Origin: Promethearchaeota archaeon
Lineage (GTDB): Archaea > Asgardarchaeota > Lokiarchaeia > Sigyniarchaeales > SOKP01
DNA length: 64,000 nucleotides
Direction of reading: 5' to 3'
Assembly: GCA_019894975.1 (NCBI GenBank)
Contig: JAGXNO010000003.1
Coordinates: forward strand, 64,001-128,000
The notes beneath the pieces were generated by a model. The model was not told the DNA's origin and ran no database searches. It worked only from the letters and a program-made list of their open reading frames with translations. Every line of letters starts with the position of its first letter. Position 1 is the first letter of the stretch. This document shows positions 59,837-64,000 of this stretch, one piece after another. A program made the translations under genes and the position numbers.

Positions 59837-61135
59837 ATGTTAAAGTTGAAAGATCACCTACCCGACGAGCTAAGAACAAAATATTTTGATTTTGAATCTC
59901 GTGACTACTCTGATGATAAATTTTGTAACGATTTGTTGGATCAATTAAAATTATCTTATAAAAATTGTAATTATTTTAAGGAAAAGCTCTGTAAGAAATT
60001 CGAGTTTGCTATTCCTGATGAGTTAACCGTTGAAGATTTAGATAAAATCCCATTTATTCCAACAGAAGCTTATAAAAAATCAGCAAACAGAACTCTTCTG
60101 TTACTGAAAGTTCCCCTTGATGATATCACGCTTTTTTCTTGTTCATCTTCTACTACTGGAGATCCTTCGATTGTACCTCGGTCATTGGAAGATTTTGATC
60201 AAATACAATATAATTCAATTAAAGTCTTCACAGAATTTTTTGATTGGAAGGATCTAAAAGTAGGCTCGAAGAGATGCTTAGTGTTCAACTTTGCTCCAGA
60301 TCGCTTTTTCATGTCATTAATGGCTAAACGGACTTTAAAAGAATTTGAATACGTTGACAAAACTCGTTATTTTACAGCATGCATGAACAAACCCTGGGAA
60401 TATTATGGACATGAAGAATATATGGTAAAATTTAAACTTTTAAAAACAATTTGGGCAATAATTTCAACGTTTTCAGTAAGAGGAGGTTTTATTTTAGACG
60501 TTAGTAAAATGTTAAAGATGGTGAGCAAAATTTTAAAGAAAGGGTCTTGGAAAGACACAGAGGTGAGTAGAATTATATTTGGTGGAAGTCCTCTTTTAAT
60601 GAATAATATGTTTGAGAAACGGTTGCTAAAAGAAAATGAATTCTTTGATCTTGATGGAAAATCTTTTGTTGGCTGTGGTGGTGGAGGATGGGATGGTATT
60701 AAAGGTGAAGCGAAGATGGATCGAGTGAATAAAGTTAAATTTATTGAAAATTATGAAAAAGTCTTTAATATTAAACCAAAAAATATCTCCGATATTTATG
60801 CATTCACCGAAGGACCAACTCTTTTTGGAGGACATTGGTCTGAGAAATATCAAGATTTTTTACTACACTGTCCTGATACTTCTCGAATAATTGTAAGGGA
60901 TCTTGAAAATTTAGAAGCTGTTAATAATGGAGAAGAAGGACTATTAGAAGTTCTTACACCTTATGGGGTTAATGGTACAATTAATCAAGCGGTTTTAGTT
61001 GATGATATTGTAGACTTAATCTCACAAACGAAGTGTCCAGAGTGTGGTTATGAAGGAGCTACCTTTCGGATAATAGGGAGACTAAAAAATGCTCAAGGAA
61101 AAAGCTGTTCTTCTTTGATTGATTGGATCTATTAA
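59837..61135 (+). CDS. LuxE-like acyl-protein synthetase (adenylate-forming)
   Basis: IPFIP, SSSTTGDPS, GGGGW, YAFTE, GLLEVLTP and CPECG..G..FRIIGR...CS motifs. Confidence 0.75.
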   Translation: MLKLKDHLPDELRTKYFDFESRDYSDDKFCNDLLDQLKLSYKNCNYFKEKLCKKFEFAIPDELTVEDLDKIPFIPTEAYKKSANRTLLLLKVPLDDITLFSCSSSTTGDPSIVPRSLEDFDQIQYNSIKVFTEFFDWKDLKVGSKRCLVFNFAPDRFFMSLMAKRTLKEFEYVDKTRYFTACMNKPWEYYGHEEYMVKFKLLKTIWAIISTFSVRGGFILDVSKMLKMVSKILKKGSWKDTEVSRIIFGGSPLLMNNMFEKRLLKENEFFDLDGKSFVGCGGGGWDGIKGEAKMDRVNKVKFIENYEKVFNIKPKNISDIYAFTEGPTLFGGHWSEKYQDFLLHCPDTSRIIVRDLENLEAVNNGEEGLLEVLTPYGVNGTINQAVLVDDIVDLISQTKCPECGYEGATFRIIGRLKNAQGKSCSSLIDWIY

Positions 61136-61203
61136 TCCTACTAGGATTTATGACACTCTTTTTACTTATAATTACTTTAGTTAAAAAAATAAAAAATAAA
61201 AAA

Positions 61204-62610
61204 TTATTCATCTACAAGTCCATATTTTGAAAGTCCTTTTCTCATATCAGCTTGAAAAGCCCCAGGAGTCCCTTCTATGAACGCGTTAGTTATATCTTGA
61301 TTCTCAACAATAGTTGAAGCTCTTTTATTTGCTTTCTCTTCGGCAAGTGATGAAATTGCCATTCTTGCCATCTGTTGAAACTGAGGGGGTGATAACTCAA
61401 TAAGAGCTTCAAAAATTTCCTTTGTCTCGCTATCCCAATCTAGCCCGGATTTTTTAAGTTCCTTTGGTTTAGCTGATTCGAGCCCAAATTCACGACTGGT
61501 CACAATATCATCCATATACTCTTTTAATGATACCACATATCTTTGAGATTCTTCACTGTTTAGCTTTACTGCTTTTTTTGCCCATTCTTCACAATAATTA
61601 CATTCATTACACATTGCTAAGCAGTTTTGCTTCTTAAAAAAGTCTATGAACCCATCCAATTTGGTGTTGTCAATTATTAGTTTAGATTTTGATTCTTCAC
61701 CAATTGTTTCAGTTAATTTCACATTGGGGTCTTTTTGTTCTAAACCCCCAAAAGACATTGAGAATCCTTGAATTATATCTATAAGATTTCCATCGTACTT
61801 TCGCGAAGAGAAAGCTTTTACAGATCTAGCAATCCATTGGGTTGACATACGGCGACCAGCTATTTTAAAATTATCTATTCCAATCGCTTCATAATGAGAC
61901 AAATCTTCAGGTCGAACCCATCTTGCTTTGATAACTTCAGTAGGATCAGAGAATTTGATAATACTACAGTTTAAGATGCACGTATCAATATAGTTACGCT
62001 CAAATTGTTGATGTGTTTGTGAAGCGTGTCCTAAGGTATTATAATGATATTGTCTAAAGGGACATTGATATAAACACCCATCAGTTAAAAGTACAATAAT
62101 CTTACACTTCACAGCTTTTTTTATTTGTTCCAATGTCTTAAAATCACGATTTATCATCACTCCAAGAGTAATTTCATCTGCTCCTAGGTTTTCATAAAAC
62201 ATAGCTCGATTAACACTATTCACGTGAGCAATTGTAGAGACACGTATTTTTAGTTTTGGAAATTGTTCTTTAATGAGTTGTATTAAAAATGGAATCGATA
62301 CTGTCACGCTATCGGCTCCGATATCACTAATCCATTGTAGATATTTAAGTAATTCTTTATGATAATGTGGATCATATTCCATATTATTCATACATGGTGC
62401 ATTAAGGAGATAAGAAAATTCCATATCTTTATCATGAACTTTCCTTATATAATCCGCGATATCTTCTTCGGATATTTGCTGCAATAAAAAAGACGGACGA
62501 CCCCCTCCTACAATTGTGTGATCTGAAACACCATATACCCCAGATACAGGATACTGAGCCAACTCATCAATTAGTGTTAAATCCCAATTTGTAGCAACAT
62601 GAAGTTTTAT
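61204..62610 (-). CDS. U32-family Fe-S protein (UbiU/V-, RlhA-like) with C-terminal PCP_red/DUF2621-like domain; probable ATA start
   Basis: KLHVATNWD, GGGRP, YLLNAPC, GCLYQCPF, RWVRPEDL, FKIAGR, CNECNYC; ATA 62610 follows GGTGAG SD and an in-frame TAG. Confidence 0.8.
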   Translation of the reverse strand: MKLHVATNWDLTLIDELAQYPVSGVYGVSDHTIVGGGRPSFLLQQISEEDIADYIRKVHDKDMEFSYLLNAPCMNNMEYDPHYHKELLKYLQWISDIGADSVTVSIPFLIQLIKEQFPKLKIRVSTIAHVNSVNRAMFYENLGADEITLGVMINRDFKTLEQIKKAVKCKIIVLLTDGCLYQCPFRQYHYNTLGHASQTHQQFERNYIDTCILNCSIIKFSDPTEVIKARWVRPEDLSHYEAIGIDNFKIAGRRMSTQWIARSVKAFSSRKYDGNLIDIIQGFSMSFGGLEQKDPNVKLTETIGEESKSKLIIDNTKLDGFIDFFKKQNCLAMCNECNYCEEWAKKAVKLNSEESQRYVVSLKEYMDDIVTSREFGLESAKPKELKKSGLDWDSETKEIFEALIELSPPQFQQMARMAISSLAEEKANKRASTIVENQDITNAFIEGTPGAFQADMRKGLSKYGLVDE

Positions 62611-62627
62611 CTATCTCACCTTGTTTT

Positions 62628-63017
62628 TTATTTTTGGATAGCTTTTTCATGAGCTTTGGCATTAAGTGGCAATAATGGCGCACATGCCATAAGCTTAGTA
62701 GGATCACCATCAACATCATATGTTCCAGCCATTGTTGCTTCAATAGGATTTGTTTCTCCCGAATTTACCTTTTTAATAACTTCGAAATTCGTTTTATGAA
62801 TAACTTTTGGCACATCAGGTCCACTATATTCGCCCATTCCCCAACTCATTTTATTTTCTTCGATCGATTGCCAATAGTCCATCTCTGGACGATCTTTAAT
62901 TTTATATTGAAAAACTAACGGTGCGATGGGTTTCAATAGAACTGCTAAATCGGGCAATTCGTTATAGGCTTTCATGAAGCTATCAAGATATGCTTCCCAT
63001 TCTTCCTTTGTATCCAT
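62628..63017 (-). CDS. SCP2 sterol/lipid-carrier domain protein
   Basis: SGETNPIEATMAGTYDVDGD C-terminal SCP2 signature; ATG 63017 after GGAGGT. Confidence 0.8.
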   Translation of the reverse strand: MDTKEEWEAYLDSFMKAYNELPDLAVLLKPIAPLVFQYKIKDRPEMDYWQSIEENKMSWGMGEYSGPDVPKVIHKTNFEVIKKVNSGETNPIEATMAGTYDVDGDPTKLMACAPLLPLNAKAHEKAIQK

Positions 63018-63078
63018 TTTATCTTTTACCTCCTTTTTTTGGTTTATTATTTTTTTGATTTTATCTATTAGAAAAAAA

Positions 63079-63999
63079 TTATTTTGAAAATTCAAGTCCT
63101 GCTTTGGCACCCATCAATAAGAAATCTACCATAGTCCCATTATAATCATTTTCGATCTTATAATAAAGACTATCTGGTGTGAAAGTTACTCCATAAATAA
63201 ACTTATGAACATCACTTTGGAAGGGAGATTCCTTAGTAAATTTTTGTATTAATGGATGTAGATGCACTGGAACTTCTTTACCATTATGGCATGTCATACC
63301 AAAACACAATCGTTCGATTTTTTCAGAATCCCAACTAAAGCTATAATTAAGGTGTACAGCATTACAACAATATTTCAATATTTCTTCTGATGGAACTTTG
63401 AAACCTAAATCTTCTATAAGCCTTTTACACTTATCAACACTTGTTTTAGAGGGATCCTTTAACATAAAATAGATATTCGTCGTGTTATGTGAGAAATCAA
63501 AAGCAAACAGCGCTAGTGTAGTCAATCCATGCTTTTTGAAATAATTCTCATACTTTTTAATACTTTCTGGTGCAAAATTCATAGAAAAAAGTGGATCAAT
63601 TGAACCTGGTATTATAAAAGGCCATATCTTTGAGAATCCTTTTCTTGCATCTATATCTACACCATAACCCATAATATCAAATGTATCCAATGCTTCTACG
63701 ATCATTTTATGAATTGGATGACCATTTTTTTCAATCAATCCTTCCATGACAGCTATTGTATATGGATCAGGATTATGAGGGATCATCATTTCTACATATC
63801 TTACAGATACATCTCTTTTTTCGACCGGTTTTGTGGTGGTTCTAATTGATAAAGATGATCCTAAATAGAACTTTTTATAAGCATTTAGTCCTTTCCAAAT
63901 AGCTTCTTCATTAAAATTCACTTCGGTAAGTTTGCAGAGAGTATGGATATCATTAACCATCTGATGCAGATCATTTGTGAGCTTAAAATCAGAATTCAC
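63079..63999 (-). CDS. ABBA-family aromatic prenyltransferase (NphB/CloQ-like)
   Basis: DPYTIAV.EGL..NGHP, YGVD....GFSKIW.F, FKKHGL, D......NIYF, LGF.VP, SWDSEKIERLCF and YGVTF...YYKIE match recalled NphB/CloQ motifs; start lies at the window edge. Confidence 0.8.
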   Translation of the reverse strand: MNSDFKLTNDLHQMVNDIHTLCKLTEVNFNEEAIWKGLNAYKKFYLGSSLSIRTTTKPVEKRDVSVRYVEMMIPHNPDPYTIAVMEGLIEKNGHPIHKMIVEALDTFDIMGYGVDIDARKGFSKIWPFIIPGSIDPLFSMNFAPESIKKYENYFKKHGLTTLALFAFDFSHNTTNIYFMLKDPSKTSVDKCKRLIEDLGFKVPSEEILKYCCNAVHLNYSFSWDSEKIERLCFGMTCHNGKEVPVHLHPLIQKFTKESPFQSDVHKFIYGVTFTPDSLYYKIENDYNGTMVDFLLMGAKAGLEFSK

Positions 64000-64000
64000 T

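Noticed and set aside
782-60853. Short antisense or overlapping ORFs in the track (e.g. 782..979, 9829..10191, 19426..19758, 27255..27587, 32594..32776, 33713..34015, 34141..34347, 54527..54844)
   Set aside because: They are shadows of well-supported genes on the other strand or frame and carry no motifs.
59837-61135. Bioluminescence (lux) operon
   Set aside because: Only a LuxE-like gene is present; no luxA/B/C/D.
1-64000. Genome-wide reassignment of UGA (genetic code 4/25)
   Set aside because: UGA ends ordinary genes (e.g. 11426..12664, 12754..13494, 38855..39433), Trp is encoded by TGG, and internal TGAs occur only at Cys sites in two genes.

Overview
AT-rich archaeal window that is most consistent with a Lokiarchaeia (Asgard, Promethearchaeota) genome. 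The support is three IPGY/VPGY 'Loki-CTERM' surface proteins, three small GTPases of different types, archaeal/eukaryotic-type uL16 (L10e), GGTGA Shine-Dalgarno motifs and a eukaryote-type SECIS. The core is a ~20 kb minus-strand heterodisulfide-reductase supercluster (14497-34643): 4 hdrA, 3 mvhD, 2 hdrD-like and 2 frhB-like genes. The ORF track breaks its first two genes apart. Reading through in-frame TGA gives an intact 648-aa HdrA with four selenocysteines (32697-34643) and a 157-aa MvhD/VhuD with two (32220-32693). One eukaryote-like SECIS hairpin follows, and its AUGA core is the mvhD stop codon. The right end carries an NphB/CloQ-type (ABBA) aromatic prenyltransferase + SCP2 + U32 operon that recalls UbiT/UbiU/UbiV. 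It converges on a CDP-alcohol phosphotransferase + GT2 + LuxE-like operon. Other points: at least three genes appear to need ATA/ATT starts, a GNAT gene is frameshifted, an acyl-CoA ligase lacks its phospho-His loop, a sensor kinase has only its DHp domain, and there is an unannotated 34-aa membrane peptide. I recognised no rRNA, tRNA, CRISPR array or transposase. All family assignments come from motif recognition by eye, not database searches.
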